Shown here one piece after another: positions 39,616 through 53,100 of a DNA stretch of 64,000 nucleotides. A program made the translations under genes and the position numbers. Below the pieces are notes generated by a model, which ran no database searches, was not told the DNA's origin, and saw only the letters and a list, made by a program, of their open reading frames with translations. The first letter of the stretch is position 1; every line of letters starts with the position of its first letter. The DNA is taken from the NCBI GenBank assembly GCA_001643675.2, contig LSRY02000048.1, forward strand, positions 558,001 to 622,000, given 5' to 3'. Source of the DNA: Monocercomonoides exilis PA203 (taxonomy: Eukaryota; Protista; Preaxostyla).

Positions 39616-41183
39616 TTATGGATGCACAAAAAAATCTTCAACAGTAAAAATCGAATCATCTTCAATCAGCATATATACAAAGAACCGCTGAGATCCGAAA
39701 ATGCAATCTTCGTACCCTTCGTCTTCCATCTTTTCAAAAACTTTCCTTTTCAACTCTTTTCTTTTCGCTTCTTCCATTTTATTCTCCGTCTTTTCTTTCA
39801 ACTTTTCACAAACATATTTAAAAAAATATAAAAATTCTGTTGAACATTCTTCTCTTATTGTTGGCAGCTGAACTTCCTCCAAAACAGCATCAACAGCTCC
39901 ACTCTTCAGCAAATATTCAACTTTCACAGCTCTATTTTCTGCTGCATTTCTCAAGGAATAAATGCACAACCCACTAATTTCTCCGTGGTTTTCCTTTGCT
40001 GCTCGAAGCACCTGAATAATGCTTCTGATAAGCTCAATGAATTCGTCGTTCCACAATGTGCACGATTCAATGAAAAATCCCAACGTTCTGATCCATCTCT
40101 TTGAAATATTTGCTTCTTTCATTTCTTCTCTGCTCATTTCCTCTTTTTTCTTCTTCCAATCCACACATTTCGATAATTCTTCAAGCTCCTTTGCTGCTTC
40201 TCTCGCAAAATGCCGCTCGTTTACAATTAACCTTTCCAGGTCTTCGTCACAGAACAATCTGTTTATCAAAAACTTCCAAGCAGATTGATAACCAATGCGT
40301 GACAGATTGTGATGTTCCTGATGATGTTTGATGATTTCTGTGATTTCCTTCAAATACAGTTTTTTTTCAATTATCTTATTAAAATACAATAAAAACAAAT
40401 AAATAACTTCAAAAAGGAAATTGAAATGTCATACATATAACCGAAGTCTGCTCAATGCAATCAAAGCTATTTCCGCTTCTTTTTGTGCTTCTTCGCTTTC
40501 CTCTTTCTTCAATGCAACTTTCATAAGACAACGCACAAAAATTGCTGGTAATTCTTCCATAAATCCGTTAAACTCAGGTAGTATTAGCAAACATATACAA
40601 AGATCTGCCAGAAGCTTTTCATTCTTTTCTTCTTTCTTTTTATCTTCTTCAATAATCATCTTCTCGAATCTTTTGCTTAATGAAGAATCGGCAAAACTGT
40701 TACTCCAAACGCCTCTCAGCACTTTGCAATATCCCATATTTTTCAATAGGACAAGTGCTTTTACCAATAGCATTTCCTTTTCTTCGATCATTTCGCCAAT
40801 TTTATTGAAGAACTCTTTTTCGAAAATGAATATAAATTCATCTTCATCCATCTCATCCATAAGTTCGTTCATTTCCTCGATTATCAATATCTGATCATCT
40901 TCAACGCAATGTTCAAGTTCAGAAAATAATTCTTCAATAATTTCAAAAATAATCAAAACATCAAAATCTCAATCTGCATAAAAAACAACAAACTCATATA
41001 TGTTTCAATAAGCTCTGATTGATAACACTCTTCAAGATTATCCTTATCATATGACTCATAATAATCCATATCTTCTTCAAAATCTTCTCCTTCTTCTTTT
41101 TGTAAAAAATAATCATCACTGTAATAATAATCTTCTTCCTCTGCATCCTCTTCGGCATTATATAGTGCATTCTCTTCGTTCAT
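39616..41183 (-). CDS. Uncharacterised acidic alpha-helical protein, same family; exons 41183-40994, 40931-40435, 40374-39616
   Basis: Same motifs (KKEEKNEKLLADL, QKEAEIALIAL, LSRIGYQSAW, EKMEDEGYED) and the same two intron positions and phases as 36580-38106. Confidence 0.85.
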
Positions 41184-43051
41184 TATTTGTTCTGAGCATA
41201 TGAAAAATAACTGGAAATTTGAAAAAAAGACAACAGACAAATACAAACATCTTTATTTTTCAAACAAGCACTGCGAAAATGCAATAAATCAAGCAGATTC
41301 TCTTGACAAATATTTGCTGTTGCAAGAAAACGACTTGGATAAAGCCTGTTCAATGCGTTTTGCTGGGAGATCAAGCAAATTCTTTTTCGTTAAAGTGATC
41401 AATTGCATAAGAAAAAATCCAAATTCGGATGGTATTTGTGAGCAAATTCTGAGGAAACAATTCCTGATTATTTTTCTGTACTTTAGGTATGAATCCATTG
41501 TTTCCAATGAAAAATTTTATCAGGAAATGGAAAGGGCGAAACAGACTGTTTTTTGATGAAAGGCAAAAGTCCTTTGCTGGAGATGATTCAGTCATTTCTG
41601 TAAAGGAGCAAGATTTTGGATGTTTGCATTTTTGCACAATTCTTTTAATTTGAAGGCGTTTGTGATATTGTTTGTGATATTCTTGTTGGCAAAAGCAATA
41701 AAAAATGCGATTATTAAAAATGAAAAATCAAGCTTATCAAGTCTGCTTCACCCGAAGTGAATACGAAACAGAAGAACCATGATTTGCGGACAAGCTAATT
41801 TTGGGGCCTCGGATTCTTCGGGAATCGACATGTTGAAAACGAAACAATTTTTTTTTAAAAAAAAACAGCTTCTCCAACAATAGAACTGAAAAATATGATC
41901 AAACTGAAAGATCACATAAAGCGAGCATCAATGGCACGATAAAATGAAAGATGGAGAGCAACGAAGATTTGTTTACGTTGAAAGCAAAGCTCAAAGAAAA
42001 GAGTTGTGAAAATCATCCACAGCGAATTTTATCACCTCCGAAGGTTACCAATAAAACATGAAGATAAAGCTGTCTGTTTCAAGAGGGAAACACAGGAAGT
42101 AAGATGAAGTTCGGGGAAATCTGTGAAGCAGATCTTTCTGCTTCCGTCATGGCGAGCTGGGTCATGAAGCAGAAGAAAGGCAGGAGTTGAAGTTGAGAGA
42201 AACGAATCACAGCTCATGAACTTTGTGGATTTCAACTTCGCAAGTGTGCGATGGAACGCCAAGTTGCAGAATTGTTCGTGGAGAATACGCACGGCAGCTG
42301 AAGCTATTGAGTACGCTTCATTCGATTTGGGGAAAAGGAGAAAGGGGAAAATACAGAAATGTTTCTGCAAAAGGATATTTTTGATAGCATCTTCGAATAT
42401 GTACAATTTATTCCTGTCTTTTTTTCAGTCCAATCGAAGCGAGGAATGGCTGGGACATGGAATGAGTGCGGCATTGGGAGTCTGGATTGCATGCATTGCA
42501 GTTCATTGGCAGGTGAAGAGAGGCTAAAAATGCAAAGATGGAGCCTCTGAAGAGATAAGATAGACTGAAAGAAACACAAAAAGCAACAGAAATGAAACCT
42601 CTCTGGAATGCTTCAAGGGGAATGATATCACATGAGACGATGTATTTTCATCTATATTCTGTGTGGAACGATCAATTTACCATTTTTGACTGATTGTGGC
42701 TGATTCTCAAAAAATGCACTCTTTTATGTTGCATCTTCAACTTGCTCTTCTTCTTCAGTTTCTGATTCTGCTTCTAATTCTTCTTCTTATTCTCCTCGTT
42801 GCGCCTTTCTTCTTCAGCAACCTCGTTGAAGGCAGGCGATCTTCTGTTTGTGTGTAAAGGCAGAGCACAAAAACAGAGTTCAACTAACACAGAAAGAAAT
42901 ATTTTCTTCTTCTTCTTCTTGAGTGAAATCAAGCCAAATTTCATATTCTTCATTTCAGGATGCTATTTCATGAAAACATTCATTTTAAATTTGCTTTCTT
43001 TTTATTAAAGTTAAAAGTTATTCAAATTGAATGTTCAAAAAATCAGAAATC

Positions 43052-43052
<1 letters not shown>

Positions 43053-43096
<44 letters not shown>
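43053..43096 (+). repeat. Poly(A) tract, ~44 nt
   Basis: Seen directly. Confidence 0.9.
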
Positions 43097-43099
<3 letters not shown>

Positions 43100-43735
43100 T
43101 GAATCATAATTATTTAAAAAGACTTTTTATCAACATAAAATCGATAACATTTTTGTTCATCAAAAAAAGCAAAAGTGAGATTCAAAAGAAAAGCAAACAG
43201 TTATTTCAAAGGTGGGAGATTATTTTTGGAATCACACGAACCATCTGAGTGTTGATCATTAATTGGTTTTTTGTCCAAAGTTCTTTTTTTGAAATAGCTT
43301 TGTTCGAAATGTTTCGATTATTGAAAATCAAAAAAGGATAAATTACAAACAATTATTGACTGATAAACTAGCTGCTTAAAAGTTTTTCATTTCAGTTCAT
43401 CAAATTTTCACGTAATTGTTCCTTCAAAATTTCCAGGAAAATGGCTGTGATTACGAAAAGGATAACACAGGTCTTATTGAAAATAGAACCCAAGATATTC
43501 GCCAATCTTGATTGGTATGAGAGATGAAACACAAAAATTATTAAAAAAAGACACACAAAATTCAATCAAAAACACATAAATACGAATAATTGCAAAATGC
43601 TTTTAATTTTCATTTTGAAACAGAAAAAGAACGTGATAAAGAAAACATACGCTTTGAAGTGAACCATTTCTTCTTATAAGCACAAGGAGTTGCTAAATAT
43701 CAAACAACGAGCAAACAACAATAAACAATAAACGC

Positions 43736-46374
43736 TCATTTCTGTGACCTGGGCCTGCAACGAGGCTGGAGATGTACAGGCGCAACGAAAGGCCCCAACA
43801 CAACAGCATTTGGTATATGGGGAAATGAAGAAGGCGAAGAAGAAGAAGAAGGATAGGAAGAAAAGAAAGAGCCAGAAGAAGCAGAAAATGATGGTGAAGA
43901 AAATGTCGAAGAAAAGTGATTCACATCCTTCCGAGAATCATAATTATCCTTCTGCTTTCTTCCTCCTTTGGCACCTCCAACCTTCCCTTGCTTTGTCTTC
44001 TCATCCGCCTCATTCTCCTCTGTCATCTCCTTCATCTCCTTCTTCTTCTCTCCCAGTGAAGCAAGCGGTGTGTGTGACTGAAGCTTGTTTGAAAACAGAT
44101 GCACCGAAAACGAAAGCTGCGGCGACGGCTTTTCGCGGAACGGACGCCGCTGGCGATAAGACGAGATGGGAGAGGAGAGCGAGTCTAAGTATGCACCAAG
44201 CTGGGAGGAGAAAGGGAGAGAAGAAGAAGAAGAAGAAGAAGAGGAGGAGGAGGAAGAAGGCGATAATGGTGATGGTGATGGTGATGGTGATGAAGTAGAG
44301 GAGGAGGAAGAAGAAGAAGAAGACAATGGTGATGGTGATAACGACAAGTGGTTTTTGAACAGCTGGGAGAGAGCGAGAGACAAGTTTGGGACAGTTTTGA
44401 CAGATGACGTGTGAGCAGCAGCAGAAGAAGAAGAACTCATTTTTTTGTTTGAAGCTGACGTGACAGTTAAAGTCTCTTCTGACGGGCTTGTTTGCTTTGT
44501 AGAAGGAAAAGCTGATTTAACATCGAAAGATATGGAAGATATTGAACAAGCCCTGGGAGAAGAAGAAGAAGAAGAAGAAGAAGAAGAACGAGAAGAACGA
44601 GAAGAACGAGAAGAAAGAGAAGAGCGGGAAGGAGGGGAGCGGGAAGGAGGAGAATGAAAATGAGAAGGAGGAGTTGGAGGAGGAGTGGGAGGAGATGAAA
44701 AGGAAGGGAGAATTGGAGAGGAAGAAGAAGAAGAAATAGAAGAGGAAGAAGAGGAAGAAGAGGAAGAAGAAGATGATGATGGATTAAAAGAAGAAAGTGA
44801 TAGTGAAGAAGACATCTGCTGAACAGAAGTTTGGTGAGGAAGGAGAAGAGGAAGGGAAGATAATGAAGAAGAAGAAGAAGTCGATGAAGAAACAGTCGAA
44901 ATGATTGAAATCGGAGAACTTGAGGCAGACAAAGGGGGTTCTGAAATGAATGGGATGGATGATGTATCTGAACACGTGACAGATGTAGTTTCTTTCTCTT
45001 CCTCAGAAGAAGAAGAAGAAGAAGAAGAAGAAGAAGAAGAAGAATCCACTAAAGAGAAGGGAATTTGATCATAACAACGCTCAGCAGGATTGAATTCAGT
45101 TGGCTGAAATGTCGACTGGATAGCAGTTGAATCTGATGATTGAGTGGAGGATGATTCAGGAGAAGATATAAACTCTTGCTGCTTTGTTGTTTCAGCAGCT
45201 GTTTCTTCATTTTGTTCAGATTGAGATGAATTAGGCTGCTCATCTTGTGCTCCTTCTAAAGATTCTGATGTTTGTGTGTATGCGACATCCTTCTCAACAT
45301 CTTCTTCATTAACCTTCACTTTCTCCCTTTCTTCTTCAAGTTCTTTGCTGTTTTCATTCCCTAATTCCTTTTTTTCTCCTTCCTTCTGACTTGCTTCCAA
45401 TTCTTTTTCATCTCTTTCATCTTTAGCATCTTCCATATCCTCCCTTTCCCTCCTCCTCTTCTCCTCTTTCTCTTCCTTTTTGTCTGAGCATTCATTCAAT
45501 CGTGTTGGCACTCCTGTGATTGTGAGCACCAAAGCAACGTTTTCCTCTTTCGCCCCAGACACAGCAGAACTCTTCTTCTGATTGTGAGTACTTCTTCTGT
45601 GCGGATGAAGAGAAGCAGACCGGGCAGAAAGCAAACTACGCGTGAAAGAGGAGGAATAAAGAGAAGAAGAAGGAGAAGAAGGAGAAGAAGGAGAAGAAGA
45701 AAGAGAAAATTGTTGGTTATTCTGTGCATGCAAATGCATCTGAAGCGGAAGTGGTGGAACAGAAGAAGAAGAAGAAGAAGAAGAAGAAGATGATGATGAT
45801 GGATGAGCTTCTGGAAGCAGCCCAAAATCGAAGTTGGAAATCTGCGCAAACTCGTCTTTTCTACCGGTTTTAACATCAAACAAAAGAGAATGCTGTAGTT
45901 TCTGTGAAGTTGTCGCCATCTTCTCTTCATTCCCATCAGCTTCGTCTTCATCTTCACATTCATCTCCATCTCCCTCTTCATCTTCTTTCAAGCTGTATCT
46001 CTTCCTGCTCTCTGAAAGAAAACTATCTTTCTCTTCATCTTTTCCAATCAATCCACACTCATTTCCAGCTGACAGCAAAGGTGATTGCGGAGGAGTGAAG
46101 GAGCAGCACACAGCCCCCGCAGATGTCAACAGAATGTGCGGCTGATGGGAACTTTTGGTGTTTTTGATGGAAATTGGCATATTGTTCAAAAGAGACTGTT
46201 GCTGTTGATTCGGTTTCTGCTGTTTCAATCGTGTTGAGAGCAATTTTTCTGGTTTGTTCTTCTTGTTTGTGCTCTCAAAATCATCAGATTCTTCATTCTT
46301 TGTGCTTATTCCTTTTTCCATTTCATCATCTTCTTCTCTATTTCCTCCTTCTCCTTCTCCTTCTCCTTCCTCTC

Positions 46375-46412
<38 letters not shown>

Positions 46413-49400
46413 GTTCTCTGTGAGTATGCAATGCGAGTAATCGCCAAATCATCACTAATATCTGAATCTGAGTCAAACAATCCGTCAGCCATCTCGTTCA
46501 AAAGTCTTCCTTTTCCTCTGTAACTTCTTTGTCTTCTGTTGTACAATGCTCCTTCATCATATCCATTTATTGAGAAATCTGCACTCTCATTCCCACCTCT
46601 TCTTCTTCCTCCTCTTCCTCTTCTTTCTCCTCTTCCTTCTCTTTCTCCTCTTTCTCTTTCTCTCTGTGTCGTTTCCTGTGTCTTCATCTGCATGTGCATA
46701 TTCATCTGCTCTTGATGCGATCGAATGAGCGGAGAAAGAGAAGACAAAAGGGCAACCGAAGAAGCAAACGAAAGCGGTGCATCGCTTCCGATTCGGTCAG
46801 AATTCATCATCCGAAATGGAGAATGGATTAAAGAAGAGGATAAAATGGCTGGGGAAGAAGAATTTGAAGAAGGATTTGAAGAAGGATTTGAAGAAGAGGA
46901 AGAAGAGGAAGAAGAGGAAGAAGAAGAGGAGGAAGAAGAAGAAAGAGGAGAAGAAGACAAAGATGTTCTTGTACAACCTCCTCTGTCTGTAACACTTCCA
47001 GATGGATAGCTGCTGGACGAGATAATTTGCGAAGAAAAACGAACACTCCGTTTTTTGCTTCCTTCATCGTTGTTTGTCATTTGTGAACGGGTTGTTTTCA
47101 AAGGAGAAGAGGAGGAGGAGGAAGAAGAAGAAGGAGGAGGAGAAGAAGATAAATCAGAATAATTTATTAGTTTATATGACGATTCTTCAGATGTGTTTTC
47201 TTCTCTTCTTTCTCTTTCCTTTTCTCCTTCTCTTTCTTCTTCCTTATTTATTTCTCTTTCTCTTATTTCATTCTCCTTTTCCTTCTCTTCTGATTCAGTC
47301 CCCCTCAAATCTCTTCTATTTCTGCTTATGTTTCTGGGAGCAAACAAAGAAGATGACCAGTGTGTTCTTGCTCTAATGCGCTGCGAAGAGCGAAGGGAAG
47401 ATATTTGGCGTGTGCACATAGAGGGAGAAAGAGGGTTTGTGTTTGGGTTGGACAGGGAAGAGAGGTTGAAGGAAGAGGAAGAGGAAGAGGAGGAAGAGGA
47501 GGAAGAGGAGGAAGAGGAAGAAGAAGAGGCAGAGGAGGAAGATGATGATATAAGAATAGAATCATTCATATTTGCTGAAGAAGAAGACGATGCTGAAGAA
47601 GAAGACAACGATGAAGCCAAAGACGATTTATGAGATGAAGAAAAAGGGCGAGAAGAGAGAAAAGCAGAGGATTCTTCGACAAAAGAAGGAAAATTGCGAT
47701 ATTTCAGTCGAAGATTTTCGTATGGCGGAGCAAATGAGCAACGCTGGAGATCAGAAGATGTTTGGCTGTTGGATAAGTTTTGCTGGTTAAAAGAAGAAGA
47801 AGAAGAAGATGATGATGAATTGCTATGATTATTCGACATAGTTTGAGCTTCATTCAAATCCGAAATCAGATTTTGCTTTGAAGCAACAACATTATGATTA
47901 TTGTTATCAAATATTCCATCCTTTTTCTGGAAACCGCCTTCATCGTTTGTTTCTTCCTCTTCCTCCTCCTCTTCTCCATCATCATCGTTTTTAGCCTCAG
48001 AGCTTCTTCCAACTGGATGCGGGCGGACTTTTGGAGGCAGCGGCGAAAGTGAGTCAGTCTCCAGCGGAACAGAAGACCAGCTATTTTGATAGGAATTCTG
48101 CTGTTGACTGGCAAAATTAGGCGAAAGAGGTGAAAAGGACGAAAAAGGCGAAGAAGCTGACATTCGCTCAGATAAAAAGCGCTGTTGCTGTTGTTGTTGA
48201 ATGAGGTTGTTGTGGTGGAGGTGCTGTGCAGAAAGCGAAGAGGAGATTGGGAAGCGGCGGGCAGACCCGCGGAACGGGATGCCCACGGGGTGCTGGGAGC
48301 TGAGCTGGTAGGTGGCGAAGGGCTCTTCTTTGAGGAGGGGAATGGGAGGAGGATGAAGCGGGAGAGAGGGAGAGGGCTCGGGAGAAGAGACAGAGCAGCT
48401 GGAGAGGAAGTGGAATGGAGAGGGAGAAAGCAGAGAGGACTGTTTTGGTGTGAGGAAGTCGCTGCAGACGGTGGGCGAGGCAGAAAAGGGAGATTTGAGC
48501 TGGCGGATGGAAACGGGTGGGGTTGAGACAGCTGACTGCGATGAAGCAGCGCTTGAAGAAGGAGGAGAGCGGGAACGTAGCAGGACGGGCGGAGAAATAG
48601 AGTGTGGTTGTCTCGAATTCGGAGAAATAGAACGCGGAGAAATAGAACGCGATGCATTTCGAAAATGTTCGTTCTCTTTTGTGCTTGTGGCATCGTTCAG
48701 TTCATTTTCCCATTTGCTTTCAGGAAAAGGTTGAATGTTGCTGTGTGAAGTTGGATATGAAGAACAAGATTCTGTCTGAGAAGATGCCCTGATCGTCTCC
48801 GGTGATGTGCTTCTTAGAGATTTGTTGGTAATGTTTCTTTCGCTGATATCTCTGAAGAATTGAATAAACTTTCTATCAGGAATTCGTGTGACATTGCTTT
48901 CATTCGATGAAGTTTCATTCCCAACAAGAGCACTTATACTTCTTTTAAAATTTAAATCGTGATTTTCCGTATTAATTGGAGATATTTGTGCTTTGCCTTG
49001 ACGAAGAGTAAGAACCAATTCATCATTTTGTTCATTATCGTCAAAAGATGACAATGATCTGGAGATGGTTGGAAGATGAATAATAGTATCCATATTTTCA
49101 GAAACTTCAGACTGAATCTGTGGTGAAGCCGTTGTGTAATCACATGTTGAAGAAGAACGCTCTCGAAAAGTTGACTTTGGAGATTCCAATTCCTCAGAAC
49201 GATATTCTGTTGAGGAATCTTTAAAATTGGGATTGTGAGTACGCGGTCGAGGACGCGATTGTGGGTGCATAATTTTGTCAGAGGGTTCATCAGTCAAATA
49301 TCCTTGGACATCCTTTATTTGCTCATTTGCGTTAATTTGTAGGAGAGGCTGTTGAATCCGTGAAGGTGTCCGAAATAAAATAGCATCCATGCCTCTAACT

Positions 49401-49616
49401 TCACTTACTTGATTTAGAACTCTACAAAAAGCTGAAATCAAAAAGCAAAATTAGAAAATTTAATTATTCGAACCTTTGTCCAAATGGAGATTTCTGGGGT
49501 CTAAGTCTTGGAACATGAAGGTGTTTCACTTTAGTACGAATTGCAGTTTGAGAATATACTTTTGAATTGTACAATTTGTTTAACTCTTGCTGAGAAATTT
49601 GAGATTTTCCATTCAT
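43736..49616 (-). CDS. Large Ser/Glu-rich, largely disordered protein (~1945 aa), unknown function; short 5' exon from 49616
   Basis: 1901-codon open frame. An upstream exon (MNGKSQISQQELNKLYNSKVYSQTAIRTKVKHLHVPRLRPQKSPFGQ) joins in frame through a short GT-AG intron. No recognisable domain. Confidence 0.7.
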
Positions 49617-50157
49617 CAAATGTTTCGAATAAAAAATAAAGGTTATGTTAAACTCCTTTTATTAATTTAAAATGAATTGAAAAGATAAAAAAAAGTCGAA
49701 TAAGAATAAAAGACACAATGAGAAAGATAAAGATAACGCAATGACAATTTTAAAAAAAAAAGATAGAAATTTATCAATTCTTTTGATTAATAAGAACTTT
49801 ATGATAAAAGACTTTGTGAATTAAATGAGAAGATATTTAAAAGAAGCTAAATAACAGAAAAATCAGAATAGAAAAGAAATTAGCAAAGTTATAAGCGTTT
49901 AAGAAATGGTTGGATAAAGGTAGTATTAGAAAGTCAGCAAATAGAAGTGTGTGAGAATAACTAGCCATAAAATTGGAATTATTCTTTTTTTATTCTTCGT
50001 TTTCAATTTTTTTCATAGAAAAAAAATTGAAAAAGAAAAAAAATTTAATTCCAATTTCATTTTTAAGTTAATTTTATTTCCATTTTCTTCCCTTCTTCTT
50101 CTTCTTCTTCTTCTCCTTCTTTTCCCTTTTCTTCTCCCAACCCCCCTCTATTCACTT

Positions 50158-53100
50158 TTAATCGATTCTTCTTGACTTCTTCTTCGCTGATGGTCTTTTT
50201 GGTGAGTCAGAAACAGGACGAAGAAGACTCTTTGCAGCAGCCGCCTGAATTGCAGCCAGCTCTTCCTCTTCTTTCCTCTGCCTCTCTGCCTCTCTTCTTT
50301 CTCTCTCTTCTTTCTCCTTTCTTTCTTCCTCTTCTCTTCTTTTTGCTTCTTCTGCTTCTTTCTGCTTTCTTTCTTCTTCTTCTTTTGCTTCTCTCGCTTC
50401 TCTCTCTTCTTTCTCTCTTCTTTTTGCTTCTTCTTCTTCTTTCTCTTTTTGTACCCTTCTCTGCTTTTCTTCTTCTTCCTTTCGCTTCTTCTCTTCTCTT
50501 TCTTCTTTCTCCTTCTTCTTCCTCTCTTCTTCCTCTCTTTTCTTCTTCTCTGCTTCTTTCTTCTTCCTCTCTTCTTCCTCTCTTCTTCTTCTTTCCTCTT
50601 CCTCTTCTCTTTTTCTTCTTTTTTCCTCTTCTTCTTTCTTCTTCCTCTCTTCTTCTTCTTCTTTCTTCTTCTTCTCTTCCTCTTCTTCTTTAATTCTCCT
50701 CATCATCCTCATCCTTTCTTCCATCAATTTTTCTTCTGCCCTCCTTCTTCTTTCCTTCTCTTCTCTTTCTCTTTCTCTTCTCTTCTCCTGCTCCTCTTCC
50801 ATCTTCTTCTTCTCGTCCTTCACATTATCATCTTTCGCTTCCTTCTGCTCTTCGTTCTCATCAACCGCTTTTCTTTCTTCTTTCTCTTTCTCCTTCTCTT
50901 CTGCCTCTCTTTTCACTGCTGCTTCTTTCGCTTCTTTCGCTTCTTTCGCTTCTTTTGCCTCGCTTTTCCTCTCCACCCTTCTAATCACCTTCTTCACTAT
51001 CTTCTTCTCTCCATTCTCCATCACAATCACCTTCCTCTCTGTTGTCACCCCTCCTTCTTTCATTTCTTTCATTTCTTTCCCTTCTCCTCCGTCTGCCCCT
51101 CCGTCTGCCTCTTTCTTCACTCTTCGAACTGTCTCCTTCTTTGGCACTTTAGCTTTCTCTGCTTTTTCTGCTTTTTCTGTCTCTTTCTCATTCATTATAC
51201 TGGCATTATTGCAATTGTTATCACTTCTGTTATTGTTTGTATTTGCACCTGCCAATGCTTCATTCGCATCCACCACCTCATTCACACCAGAAGCAGATGA
51301 AGAAGAAGAAGAAGAAGAAGAAGGCTTCTTCTCTCTGACTCTTCTGATCCTTCTGATTCGAATGCCGTCTTCTTCGATTATCTCAACAGACTTCACAATT
51401 CCTCCTTCACTCGACCGAATGCGCTGCTTTTGGGTGATTGACGAAGGAGCTGCTGTTGCTTTGGCAGATTTCCTCTCTTTTTTCATTCCTTTCCTTTCTT
51501 CTTCTTCTTCTTCTTCTTCTTTGTCTTCTTCTTCTTTTGCATTGTTGTCTTCTTCCTCTTCGCTGTTGTCTTCTCCTTCTCTTTCTTCGCTTTTATCTCT
51601 TTCTTCTTCTTCTCCTTCTTTTTCATCTTCTTTTTCATTGCTGCTGTCATCATCATCGTCATGCTTCACCTCCACTTTCTTCTTCCTTCTGAGAATCGAA
51701 GAAACAGCCGATGATTTTTCTGCTTTTTCTGCTTTTTTTGAATCAGAAGAAGAAGAAGCAGATTTGCTCTTAACGGCCTTCTTCTCACTCTTCTCCTTCA
51801 GCCCTTTCTTCGCCATCATCTCTGCCAGCGCCTTCTTTCTGCTCTTTTCCTGTCTGTTTGCCACACACACAAGCACACCCAGTAACATCATCAGCCCACA
51901 CCCCACAAACGCCACGATCCACAGCACCTGCCTCTTCTCCCACAGATCCAGTGCCTTCATCTCAATCATCTGCTTCATCTTCTCCCTCGCCTGCTCTGCC
52001 TCCTCTTCCATCTGAAGCATCTTCTGCCTTTCCGCTCGGACCTCTTCTCTTCTTTTCACTGCCTCATCTCCTTTCTTCAGATCATTCAGAATGTCTTCTT
52101 CACTCGATTCTCCTTTCTTTGCTCTGTTGTTATTATTAACATTTCTACTTCCCTTTCTCCCTTCTTCTCCTTCTTCCCCTTCCTCTTCCTCTTCTTCCTC
52201 CATATCAAAGTCCACATCTCCTTCCTTCACCCAAACTGGCGTGGACAGCCCAAACAGATTGTGACTCCCAACTTTGAAGAACTCCTCTATCGTCTTCAGG
52301 TTGTTCCTCTTTTCCTCTTTGTCCAGCGCATATTTGTCCTCTCTCGCCCTCCTCTTCCTCTCCAGCGTGCTCCTCAGCTCCCACTTGTCCGGCCCTTTCA
52401 GAAACGCGTCTGCCTCAGCGTCCTTCGTGCAGAGGATGATGTTGTCAAACAGCACACCCGCATTGCCCATCGACACAGTCGCGCCCCAGTTGACAAAGGA
52501 CGACTTCCCATTCGCCTCGTAGCTGTACGACACAACTGGCGGAAGGCTCTTGCTGCTCTTTCCGCTCGTCTTGCTACTCGAAGAAGAAGAAGAAGATGAT
52601 GAATCAGCTGCACTGTTCGAAGCAGCATCCTTCGAAAACGGGTTTGATGAGTGCGAATTGGCGCCCACAACAAACTCGTCTTCGTCTTCTTCCTCTTCCT
52701 GCTCTCTGCCTGCGCCTTCTTCGCCTTCTGCCCCTTGGCTCGCATCATCGTCGTAGTACGATTTGCTCACTGTCAAGTTCCTCGCCAGCGGATTCAGCTT
52801 CGTCAGCTTCGCAAACAGCTTCCCAAAGCCTCTCCCGTCCACCCCTTCTCTCACTCTCTGCCTCTCAATCTGCTCCTCCTGCCGCGTCTTCTCCAGAAAC
52901 ATGCCCACACCCTGCCCTGCCTCCCACAGATCAAACCCAACCCCAAAGATGTGCCTGACAGCATCGTGAGCTGACTTCAGCGGGTGATAAAGAGGGTTCT
53001 TAATCAGAGGAGCGCTCCATGTGCCGTTGTACTTCGGGTTCTTGATCTTCCGCGGACGCCATTCGCCCGGCCACTCTGGGTTCTGCAGCTGCGCTGGCTG

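Noticed and set aside
41900-42800. Coding-like patch with short ORFs (42216-42527 etc.)
   Set aside because: It is too fragmentary to assign a product or boundaries.
33168-43096. Two poly(A) tracts of ~44 nt as retroposon tails
   Set aside because: There is no upstream homology, TSD or RT remnant, and homopolymer length may be a sequencing artefact.
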